Shown here: positions 18,690-27,090 of the stretch, piece after piece
Position numbering within the stretch: position 1 is the first letter of the stretch
Layout: the number at the start of each line of letters is the position of its first letter
Source of the DNA: a virus
Length of the DNA: 64,000 bases
Virus record (IMG/VR): IMGVR_UViG_3300017527_000515
Location: 1-64,000 of that record
Reading direction: 5' to 3' (one strand)
The notes under the pieces: model-generated
Told to the model about the DNA's origin: nothing
Databases searched by the model: none
What the model saw: only the letters and a program-made list of their open reading frames with translations
Position numbers and translations under genes: made by a program

Positions 18690-19147
18690 TAACGTCTCTC
18701 CTTACGAATGGTATATAACTCATTATCTCTACGTGTCATCTCACGTTTGAAAGCTGCTATAAGTTCTGATACTGATCTATCTATACCATCTACCCTTATC
18801 AACTCAGCCTGTAGCTTACGTAGTTTGTCATCCATTAATGACGACGATGCGTTGCCTCGTATAATGTATTCTCGGGCGGCCGTTTGAGTTTTGTATTCTT
18901 TTAATATCTTTTCATTCATACATGTAGACACAATGACATTCAAATCACTTTTAAGTTGGTTAATCTGAGCCTTGGTCTCGTTGACCTGAGATTTAAGATA
19001 TACTAACCACTGGCTTAGAGCTATAACATACTGACTTAATGTTGGGTCAGCTAACGCATGTAAATTTACCACATCAAATGCCCAAATCTCATCAATTAAG
19101 TCTTGTCTGGGCTGAACCTTAGTAAAAGATAATACACCTTCATCCAT
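18689..19147 (-). CDS. Helical/coiled-coil protein, possibly a UvsY-like recombination mediator
   Basis: 152 aa with heptad-like helices, lying between recA and dnaB. The function is inferred only. Confidence 0.4.
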   Translation of the reverse strand: MDEGVLSFTKVQPRQDLIDEIWAFDVVNLHALADPTLSQYVIALSQWLVYLKSQVNETKAQINQLKSDLNVIVSTCMNEKILKEYKTQTAAREYIIRGNASSSLMDDKLRKLQAELIRVDGIDRSVSELIAAFKREMTRRDNELYTIRKERR

Positions 19148-19159
19148 TTGTCAATCCCC

Positions 19160-19480
19160 CTAAGAAACTTTTTCGTCCTCAATTCGCTCTTTTAGTGATC
19201 TTAGATCATACATACCAGTACAGAAAATCTGATGTTCTATGATCGCTCCTGTTTCATCCGCTACGGGCAGTAAATTACCCTCCATAGGCATGGCCTCACC
19301 GTTCGGAAGTATGTCTATCTGCCTACACATGAGGCTAAGATCACAATAACGACACTCTCTGGTGATGGTACCATCTTCCAGACAGACGAAGTCGTCGCAG
19401 TCCTTCTTATATTTTATAGCGTCCTGAGTACGGCCGTCTTCCCTCTCATCATTGGGGACATTTATTAATAATTTACTCAT
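19160..19480 (-). CDS. Hypothetical Cys-containing protein
   Basis: CDDFVC, CRYC..MC, FC. Start moved to ATG 19480 with a GGAG SD. Confidence 0.6.
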   Translation of the reverse strand: MSKLLINVPNDEREDGRTQDAIKYKKDCDDFVCLEDGTITRECRYCDLSLMCRQIDILPNGEAMPMEGNLLPVADETGAIIEHQIFCTGMYDLRSLKERIEDEKVS

Positions 19481-19838
19481 AAAAACACTCTCCACTTAAA
19501 ACCTTATTGATTTTCTTCTTAACAAGGGCCTTAGTTATTTTTTCATTGAAATTGAATCGAACGAGGCACTGCCCGTTCTCCTCTACATACTGTATCTTGA
19601 GGTTATCTCGCATCTTTTGGGCCTTAAATGCCTCTTTTTCGCCGTGAAAATGCTTAACAAACTCTGTATGTTGCCGCCCTTGGACCTCCACGTACACCCC
19701 TATTTCTTTTATAAAGAAATCAAAGAACAATTTCTGTCCCTTGTATCTTATATAAATTTCTTTAGATATTCTGGGGGCCGAAAGCCTTGGGAATATACCC
19801 TCTAATATATCATATATTTTATCAGCTATTTTGCTCAT
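19473..19838 (-). CDS. Vsr/DUF559-like PD-(D/E)XK endonuclease
   Basis: LFFDFFI....VEVQGRQH...RDNLK..Y......LVRF. Confidence 0.75.
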   Translation of the reverse strand: MSKIADKIYDILEGIFPRLSAPRISKEIYIRYKGQKLFFDFFIKEIGVYVEVQGRQHTEFVKHFHGEKEAFKAQKMRDNLKIQYVEENGQCLVRFNFNEKITKALVKKKINKVLSGECFYE

Positions 19839-20868
19839 ATATCTCAGTCAGTCCTACCATATCCACGACTTTAGCTCGGATTTCATCGTAGATCTTTTCA
19901 TTTTCCTCAGACTTTAAATACGCAGCGGCGTTGGGCTCACCTTGAGCAATATTAGTACCCTCATAAGAGTACCACGCTCCCTTCTTATCTATGATTCCGA
20001 AATCAACCGCTAAGTTCAGCACTTCCCAATGAGTATCATAACCCTTACCGTAGATTAAATTAATCTCTGTTTTCTTAAACGGTGGGGCTAATTTGTTTTT
20101 AACAATTTCAAATAGGGTAGTGTGGCCTATAATCTCACCAGACATTGGGTCTGGGATACGGCGGGCCTTAGCTTCTGGGCCTCTGATAGAAATTCTGCCA
20201 GTAGTGTAAAATGCGAGAGCTTCACCGCCTGTAGTAGTCTCAGGATTACCGTAACCACCTACTTTCATTCGTAATTGATTAATAAAGATGATTAAACACC
20301 CTGCTCTATTTGCGATGGGAGTAATTCTTCTTGTTGCCTTACTCATAAGCCTGGCTAACAGTGCTATATGATCGTCGCCGATCTCTGCTGCTGCTTCGTT
20401 ACTGGGTATTAGGGAGCTGACACTGTCTACTACTGCTACTTTAAAAGCTCCTGAGGACACCAACATCTCTAAAATATCAAGATTGTCTTCCCCATTATAC
20501 CCCTGTACTAATTTAAGAGCCTTAGTGTCGACACCGTAATCTTTAAACAAACGTGGGTCTACTGCGTGTTCAGCATCTATATAACAGCATCTTAGCCCTC
20601 GTTTCTGGGCCTGAATAACAACATTGGCTGCCAAAGTCGATTTACCACCACTGTTGGGGCCAAATATCTCATAAATTCTGCCGAATGCCATACCACCTCG
20701 CCCCAGAGCTACATCTAAACTAATGGAACCAGTAGACACAGTGGGAATTATCATGTCCTCATGATCACTTAGGTTGGTTATAACATCGCCATACTTCTTA
20801 GTGATAGCAGCCATGATTATATCAAGACTATCACCCTGCGACTTATCATTTTTCTTCTTTTTTGCCAT
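19822..20868 (-). CDS. recA: Recombinase RecA
   Basis: STGSISLDVALG.GG...GRIYEIFGPNSGGKST, IDAEHA, VVDSV, ARLMS, FINQLR, GNPETTTGG.AL.FY, KNKLAPPFK, GAWYSY. Confidence 0.97.
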   Translation of the reverse strand: MAKKKKNDKSQGDSLDIIMAAITKKYGDVITNLSDHEDMIIPTVSTGSISLDVALGRGGMAFGRIYEIFGPNSGGKSTLAANVVIQAQKRGLRCCYIDAEHAVDPRLFKDYGVDTKALKLVQGYNGEDNLDILEMLVSSGAFKVAVVDSVSSLIPSNEAAAEIGDDHIALLARLMSKATRRITPIANRAGCLIIFINQLRMKVGGYGNPETTTGGEALAFYTTGRISIRGPEAKARRIPDPMSGEIIGHTTLFEIVKNKLAPPFKKTEINLIYGKGYDTHWEVLNLAVDFGIIDKKGAWYSYEGTNIAQGEPNAAAYLKSEENEKIYDEIRAKVVDMVGLTEIYEQNS

Positions 20869-21475
20869 CTTCATCCTCCAGTCTTTTGCTGATAGCCAGT
20901 AGATCTTCCAGAGAATGCCCTGTTTTGTAGGTTTTCTCTATTCTTGCGGTCATTTTATCTACTGCCCTCTCAGTTCTTGTAGCCTCTTCCTTGGCCAACT
21001 CTTTGTTAATTATTTGAACTGCTCTCTCAGTAACCCAGGCCATATTTCCCTGGCCGAAGATACCAAACGATGGAGCAGAGTCAAACTTAAACACATCAGA
21101 GCGGTTGAATACAACTTTAACTATAAGACCACACTGCTTGAGTGCCGTCTTTCTATCTATACCGCCCGCCGCCATGCGATTCTCCACAAACGCCTTCGCT
21201 ATGGCTCTGTCCTGCTTTTTGTTTGGATATGACCACATTTGTTTTGGGTAGATGTTACGCATAAAACTATAGAATGTAGATATAAGCACATCTAAGCTCT
21301 CTATTTCAATAGGATATTCATATGGCGGGCCAACACTGTATCCTTGACCTTTTAAATAGGCAACGCACACCTTCTCCGCTTTGGTGGCAAGTGCGGCCTT
21401 GTTCCCAAACAAATCCCCCTGCTGAGATGAGACTATTAACCTCTGCATCTCACCCAAAAACTTGTCGAAATCCAT
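20846..21475 (-). CDS. Hypothetical protein
   Basis: 209-aa ORF translationally coupled between the clamp gene and recA. Confidence 0.7.
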   Translation of the reverse strand: MDFDKFLGEMQRLIVSSQQGDLFGNKAALATKAEKVCVAYLKGQGYSVGPPYEYPIEIESLDVLISTFYSFMRNIYPKQMWSYPNKKQDRAIAKAFVENRMAAGGIDRKTALKQCGLIVKVVFNRSDVFKFDSAPSFGIFGQGNMAWVTERAVQIINKELAKEEATRTERAVDKMTARIEKTYKTGHSLEDLLAISKRLEDEDGKKEEK

Positions 21476-22608
21476 TACCTTCTCCTGATAGGAGTAATAA
21501 GCGCCTTCTGGTCTTCAAAGTTGCCAGAATCAAATATTAAAACACTGTCGTCGTCAGAGAATCTAATCGTAATCTTGTCGTCTTTGATAACCTCTACTGT
21601 CTGTATCATAGATTGACCATTAATATCAATCACGAAAGCTCCTGGGTAGTCCACAGCACCGTCGTAGGTAAATTCTGCCACATCACAGCTCAAAACCATC
21701 TCACCTTTAGACAGTGAGAATGTCAGCCTGTAGTTATCATCTGGGTTCAGAACGTCAACGAACGGAAGTAAGCTGCTCATTAGAACTTCCTTATCCAGCA
21801 CGATAGAACTCTCAAATGTGGACAAAATTGGCTTATACTCAGGAAAATCGTGCCCTATAATGGTACGGCCCCAGAAAACTACGTTATCGAAGGTGGCCTT
21901 AACATTACGATCTTCGAACTCAAACGCTACTTGGCTCTCCGAATCCACAACTCGGCGCAGTCCCATGATAAAATCATACCTAAGGAGGAACATTCCCTCA
22001 CTTAAATCACTGATATTCTTGACCTTATATTCTGACAGACGCTGTCCGTCAGTACCAACAAAACAAATCTCATCCTCTGCGAACACCACGTTCATACCAC
22101 GTAGAAATACCTGGTTGTGGCCTGGATCTATAGCATACAGCACTTTATTAGTGGCTGTTCTAAAGATGTTGGAGTTCAGCACGAAGTTGGGGTTGCCAAA
22201 CTTTTTAGGCTCACGCACCGTATAAACATCATACACCTTAAGCTTTAGATTTCCCTTGGAAACCTTGTCATTCTCGTAGGTATTCACTACAGATACGTTG
22301 AGGAAGTTGTTGGTGAGGTCAAAATGAAAATCCTTTACGCCGTATTTATCATTCCAGGCATGGAATGACGACACAAAGGACTTGATTTTACCGTATTCTA
22401 TTACGGCGGCGCCTGGAGTCCTAACCTCTGCTTTGTTAGAGGAGAAGGACAGCGCAGTGGAATTGTTGTTGGATAAGAATGTTATAACACCATCCTCTCC
22501 AGCGGTTATGAGAACCATTCCTGTTGAATCTAAGACGTTTACCTTGGCAGTAACGCTTAGAAGCTTGATGGCCTTCTGGAGGTCACCAGTCTCAATAGAA
22601 AAATCCAT
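21475..22608 (-). CDS. dnaN: DNA polymerase III beta sliding clamp-like protein
   Basis: 377 aa, FVGTDGQRLS (ATDGHRLA-like), DFPEYKPI (FPDY-like), C-terminal LITPIR (xxMPxR-like). Confidence 0.85.
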   Translation of the reverse strand: MDFSIETGDLQKAIKLLSVTAKVNVLDSTGMVLITAGEDGVITFLSNNNSTALSFSSNKAEVRTPGAAVIEYGKIKSFVSSFHAWNDKYGVKDFHFDLTNNFLNVSVVNTYENDKVSKGNLKLKVYDVYTVREPKKFGNPNFVLNSNIFRTATNKVLYAIDPGHNQVFLRGMNVVFAEDEICFVGTDGQRLSEYKVKNISDLSEGMFLLRYDFIMGLRRVVDSESQVAFEFEDRNVKATFDNVVFWGRTIIGHDFPEYKPILSTFESSIVLDKEVLMSSLLPFVDVLNPDDNYRLTFSLSKGEMVLSCDVAEFTYDGAVDYPGAFVIDINGQSMIQTVEVIKDDKITIRFSDDDSVLIFDSGNFEDQKALITPIRRR

Positions 22609-22660
22609 ATCGTAAATCCTTTCTTTAATTTTTTACGGTCGAATTGTTCGGCCTAACAGT

Positions 22661-22688
22661 AATATAATACATCTTTTTGATTTGTCAA
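22661..22688 (-). promoter_or_regulatory. Sigma70-type promoter P2 (TTGACA-N16-TATATT) with upstream A-tract
   Basis: Minus strand ccTTGACAaatcaaaaagatgtatTATATT; A-rich UP-like tract at about 22691-22716. Confidence 0.75.
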
Positions 22689-22725
22689 GGGAAAAATTAA
22701 CTTTTTTTTATTTTTTCCTGTGAAT

Positions 22726-22753
22726 AATATAATACACAATCTGCATTTGTCAA
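22726..22753 (-). promoter_or_regulatory. Sigma70-type promoter P1 (TTGACA-N16-TATATT)
   Basis: Minus strand acTTGACAaatgcagattgtgtatTATATT, immediately after the stop of the upstream gene and 65 bp from P2. Confidence 0.75.
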
Positions 22754-22754
22754 G

Positions 22755-24830
22755 TTAAAATTCTAAATATCCTACTCCGTCGTCTGTGTATGCAATTATA
22801 ACATCGTAATCATGTGTTGCCTTTCCATTAATATAAGAGGTTAGATTATTATCCTCTGTAAAGTATCTTGTGGCTCCTATTCTAGCCGTTAGATCAGCGT
22901 CTCCGTCTGGGGCAACTGAATTGATGTAGGCACTTAGCTCTTTCGTAGGCGTTGTTGTAACGTACCATATAGCATAGCGCATGGCCTCATCTGTTGTGGC
23001 GAAATGACGCATGTCATATAAATATTTAACCTTGTGTAGCTTTCTATTAAGTATGCGGCTCCTGGTGGGTGAGTAATATGATGCAACTTTGGTTACAAAG
23101 TGGGTGTATTTGTCCACTTTGGCAACCACATCGCTGCCTGAGCTGTAGAAATAGTCCTTCACAATAGTCTGAAACGATATATCGACCTCCTCATAATCCT
23201 GGAGCACCTGTGTGTATGAAGTATCGAAGACCTTCTCTGAGCCCTTCCAACTTTCAAAGTCGTACGGTAATACATCACGAGCAACTATCGACGCAGTTAG
23301 ATCTACTGGTAGTGTATAACCAGTAATAGACGCTCCTAAACTTAAACCACTACGGAATACACTTATGTCAACATTAAACTTGTCTTCTGTCCTCCAACCC
23401 AAAGGTTCTATGTGGATATTTATATTAAGTTTGTCCGTTACTACTGTATCAGTTGCGTAACCAAAGGTAGCGCTAAGATTATTTTGGGCCCACACATACC
23501 CCTTAGGATAAATCTGGGCGGATAAATCTCTCTGATATACAGGACGTATGTAACTAGACAAATCTTTAAAATTAGAGTAAAAACATGGTATACTTATTGT
23601 CGCAGACAAATCACTGTGCTCCATGGTAACAACCCCTAAGATACCTGTCAAGCGTATTCTCTTTGGGTAAATTTCTGCAGTAAGATTACCGATGTCCTGG
23701 CCCGGATCAATATAGGCGGTAAGGTTTCTAGCCTGTTGGGCCCAGAGCTGTGCTGGTAAATCGGTAACACCTTGAGTTACTAGTATATAGGCACTCAAAT
23801 CCGTCGGCAGAGCTAGAAATCTCTTACCTTCAATAGACGCTGGTAAGTGTGTATATCCACCAGTAATATTAATAGATGCCGGTAAGTTCCATGGATAAGC
23901 GGTTGGATTTATAATACCACCTAAATCAGCTTCTTGCCAACCATGTATGAAAGCTGAGATATTTCTTGGTTGTACAGGAAATAAATACGCAGGCAGCTGA
24001 GCCATTTCTGTTGCTCTAATAAACGCTCCTAAATCTTCGAGTGCAAATGAATGCACAGCCGCTCCTAAATCATACGTCGCCTCACGTACCCATCCTTTAA
24101 TTAATGCACCTAGATTCCTCGGTCTATGACCACCTATAATAGCTCCTAGATTTCTAAATCCTATCATATTTATGTAGGCACTTAGATCAGCTTCTTGCCA
24201 ACCATGTATAAAACCAGGTAAGTCTTCTTGTGGCCACACCTTTAAATACGCCGACAGGTCTTCCGGTGGTATACCAAAGAGCGAGGCTGTTAAATTTTCC
24301 TCGTGTATAGATGTAATATATGCAGGCAGATCTCTAAAAGCAAAACCACGGATGTACGCAGTAATATTCTCCGGGTCATGCATATCTATGTAAGCGCTAA
24401 GATCTCTAGGTAAATGGGCACCTATCTCTGCCGACAAATCATCATCACCATGACGAATAAACGCTGCAATATATGCTGGCAGGTCAACTGCTACCAAACC
24501 ACCAATAGTGGCAGGCAGATTGACTGGATCATGTGCAGCAATTGTAGCACCTAAGTCTCTTATACCGCCGTAATGACACTTACCTTTGATCACTTGTACG
24601 CCGTGTTGGCTGTACCCAACTATGTATGTTTCACAATATTTTAAGAAGGTGAAGGTCTCATGTTGATACGTACGAATACCTTTAATGGCAGCACCAAAAC
24701 TAGCCATCTGTTGCTTGATTTTACCAGTATCAAAATTAGCACTGATGTTGTTGAAATCAGGTGACTGATAACCGCCAGTATTAAAACTAAATGGTATATT
24801 ATTTTTGGGTGGTGGAGTATATTCCGCCAT
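22755..24830 (-). CDS. Putative virion protein with ~12-aa [D/N]L[P/S/G]A-x-I tandem repeats
   Basis: DLGATI, NLPATI, DLPAYI, DLSAEI, DLSAYI, NITAYI, DLPAYI and more; N-terminal YTPP..F / YQSP..F peptides. Confidence 0.7.
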   Translation of the reverse strand: MAEYTPPPKNNIPFSFNTGGYQSPDFNNISANFDTGKIKQQMASFGAAIKGIRTYQHETFTFLKYCETYIVGYSQHGVQVIKGKCHYGGIRDLGATIAAHDPVNLPATIGGLVAVDLPAYIAAFIRHGDDDLSAEIGAHLPRDLSAYIDMHDPENITAYIRGFAFRDLPAYITSIHEENLTASLFGIPPEDLSAYLKVWPQEDLPGFIHGWQEADLSAYINMIGFRNLGAIIGGHRPRNLGALIKGWVREATYDLGAAVHSFALEDLGAFIRATEMAQLPAYLFPVQPRNISAFIHGWQEADLGGIINPTAYPWNLPASINITGGYTHLPASIEGKRFLALPTDLSAYILVTQGVTDLPAQLWAQQARNLTAYIDPGQDIGNLTAEIYPKRIRLTGILGVVTMEHSDLSATISIPCFYSNFKDLSSYIRPVYQRDLSAQIYPKGYVWAQNNLSATFGYATDTVVTDKLNINIHIEPLGWRTEDKFNVDISVFRSGLSLGASITGYTLPVDLTASIVARDVLPYDFESWKGSEKVFDTSYTQVLQDYEEVDISFQTIVKDYFYSSGSDVVAKVDKYTHFVTKVASYYSPTRSRILNRKLHKVKYLYDMRHFATTDEAMRYAIWYVTTTPTKELSAYINSVAPDGDADLTARIGATRYFTEDNNLTSYINGKATHDYDVIIAYTDDGVGYLEF
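23925..24209. repeat. Exact 24-nt direct repeat pair (atcagcttcttgccaaccatgtat) at 23925-23948 and 24186-24209
   Basis: Read directly from the sequence; both copies encode the IHGWQEAD segment, in frame, 261 nt apart. Confidence 0.85.
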
Positions 24831-24839
24831 TCATATCTC

Positions 24840-26732
24840 CTATGGTGTTATCCAATCATAAGTTATAGCATTTGTTCCGCTAGCTGTATAAAGTGCTGTT
24901 ATATAATGCTCCTCATCGTACGGTGTGTCTATTGTAAATAGCCCGCCGCTATGGGTAGTGTCAGAGCCTGCCAATTCACCTGTTGATCTTCGATATAGCC
25001 TGACTGGTATACCATCTGTCAATAAAGCATCTACAGTTACAGTACCCGACGCTGTAAAAACAGGTTTGAATTCTGCAGATATAACCATCAGGTTATCAAA
25101 TGTTGTATAATAAGTGGCCTTCATCCAGGATTCTGACCTAATAATATTTGAATATCGAGCCTCAATTAGAGGACCTGTATGGTAAGTAGCAGAACCAGTA
25201 AAGATATTTCCCGTTCCTATTTCAAGATTTTGATTAGAATCTGTTATCCCATTTAACGCGCCCGAGCCGCCATTAGAAACTACACTGATATTTTCTAACC
25301 AATCATTAACTACAACAGTCGGTGATGATCCGTCGCCGATATATGAAAATCCAATATAGTAGTAGTCAGCTGTGTTGAATGCTGTATTACCAGCAACGCC
25401 TGTGTAATCACTGCCGGTCTTTTTAAACCCCAAAAACATATTAGTATCAGATCTTATTTTAAATCCCCAACCTTTGGAATTTCCAGAGTCTGTTTTTGCA
25501 AATATAGCATCAGACGCAGGACTTGTAGTCTTAAACACACATTCGGCGGTAAGGTTAGATGTTAGTTGTAAACTAGAATCATTACCACATTGTACGTATT
25601 CATTTACACCATCAGTATTTATACCTATAAACTTACCTTCATTTATAGAATCTGAATTTTCCATATTTACAGATGTACCATGATTGCCCGTATCAGTGGA
25701 ATCTTTTAGGCTAGATGCTGTATTATCCGGCACACCGGCCAAGTGCCAAACACCAACATAGTTATCATCCCAAACTTCCATCGCTGGGGCAGTGCCTGTG
25801 TCGCCTACCCATAGGTCATTATCTAAATGATTTTTATCATAGTAAAGGTATAACGTGGTATCTGTACCACTGACTATAGTGGGAACTTTTGTCCATAAAT
25901 TAGCCAACTCCTCATGAAAATTAAATTTTTCTATTTCTACATATAATTGATTAGTTCCTGTGTAATCAGTAACAGCTATTCTTTTATCATACCCAGCAAT
26001 TAATATATCAGTAAGTACCACATCATCAAAACCAGAGCTATTAGAGTTGCGCGTCAAGAATGACACGTGACCTTGCGTTGGGAAAGCTACAACATGTTCC
26101 CCTATATAATCCCATAGTTCAGGCTCAACCTCCCCTTGATACCAATGTTTAAAATATAAAACATTACCTGTTTTGCGAGCCCGGACATAAAACCAACCGG
26201 CACTAGCATTATAGTTGTATTTACTACTGCTTACTGGCTGGGTATTTACTCCTGATATACGGAAACCGAAACGGAATCTATTTATAGAACTATATCTTTG
26301 GAGATGCACATAAAAATAATCGTTAGTTGCTGGTGTGTCAGAATTCCAATAAAGCAAACAATCAGAATTACCACTGTTACTACTGCCTTGATATAGTCTA
26401 AAAGTCATTTCCCAATCAGTAACGCTATAAGTACCACTAGTAGATACTACCCCGTCATTATATATCCTCATATAACCAGCAGGATCTACATTTAAAGTGC
26501 CAGATTCAGCATACCAACCTTCGCCGTTACTTCCTGTAAAATCATCTTCGAATATTACACCACTACCCGTAGTGTAAATAAGTTCATCAAAAACTATACC
26601 AGCATTGAAATTATTACGGCCGGAGCCAGACGTCAATGTCAAACTCACAGGAAAATCAGTTAGATCTTCGTCTACTCTCTCATGATCTATTGTGTATTTT
26701 AACCTATTATCCCAACCAGCTAACCAGGCCAT
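24840..26732 (-). CDS. DUF2341 + LamG/concanavalin-like putative virion protein with shared C-terminal domain
   Basis: W..RLKYTID..LTDFPV, LYVEIE..LWTKVP..LYLYY, VWDDNYVGVWHL..DST..NHG, EARYSNIIRS..W; C-terminal VRLYRRSTGEL module. Confidence 0.8.
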   Translation of the reverse strand: MAWLAGWDNRLKYTIDHERVDEDLTDFPVSLTLTSGSGRNNFNAGIVFDELIYTTGSGVIFEDDFTGSNGEGWYAESGTLNVDPAGYMRIYNDGVVSTSGTYSVTDWEMTFRLYQGSSNSGNSDCLLYWNSDTPATNDYFYVHLQRYSSINRFRFGFRISGVNTQPVSSSKYNYNASAGWFYVRARKTGNVLYFKHWYQGEVEPELWDYIGEHVVAFPTQGHVSFLTRNSNSSGFDDVVLTDILIAGYDKRIAVTDYTGTNQLYVEIEKFNFHEELANLWTKVPTIVSGTDTTLYLYYDKNHLDNDLWVGDTGTAPAMEVWDDNYVGVWHLAGVPDNTASSLKDSTDTGNHGTSVNMENSDSINEGKFIGINTDGVNEYVQCGNDSSLQLTSNLTAECVFKTTSPASDAIFAKTDSGNSKGWGFKIRSDTNMFLGFKKTGSDYTGVAGNTAFNTADYYYIGFSYIGDGSSPTVVVNDWLENISVVSNGGSGALNGITDSNQNLEIGTGNIFTGSATYHTGPLIEARYSNIIRSESWMKATYYTTFDNLMVISAEFKPVFTASGTVTVDALLTDGIPVRLYRRSTGELAGSDTTHSGGLFTIDTPYDEEHYITALYTASGTNAITYDWITP

Positions 26733-26742
26733 ATTATTCTCC

Positions 26743-27090
26743 TTATGGTGTGTCTACATTCAAATCTCTTGTGTCGTTATTAGTCAGAGTCTCCTCTGCG
26801 CGGCCGCCATAATTCTGAGTATAGTGGTCGTATAATCTTTTATCATCTAAATTTAAAACGCTCAGTGCTGTGCCAGGTCCCCAAGACATGGTATATACCT
26901 TACCGTTTGTTAGGCTGGCGTCGGGGTCAGCCCAGATACCTGTAAATATATTAGAGAAACCTGCCAGTACATAATATACAGATAGAGCGAAGTCCATGTC
27001 AGCTTGGTTACCTTCAGGCGGACTGTACCCGGCTATATCAAAATTAATATTTGCGTTGTTTGCCTCTGGTGGGCTATATGCTTCCGCCAT
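26743..27090 (-). CDS. Small putative virion protein with two N-terminal YSPP...F peptides
   Basis: MAEAYSPPEANNANINFDIAGYSPPEGNQADMDF. Start moved to ATG 27090 with a GGGGAG SD. Confidence 0.7.
   Translation of the reverse strand: MAEAYSPPEANNANINFDIAGYSPPEGNQADMDFALSVYYVLAGFSNIFTGIWADPDASLTNGKVYTMSWGPGTALSVLNLDDKRLYDHYTQNYGGRAEETLTNNDTRDLNVDTP

Noticed and set aside
16286-20868. Inteins or introns in primase, DnaB or RecA
   Set aside because: Lengths are normal and motifs are contiguous.
23925-24209. 24-nt repeat as a DGR template/variable repeat pair
   Set aside because: Too short, no adenine-specific mismatches, both copies are coding, and no reverse transcriptase is in the window.
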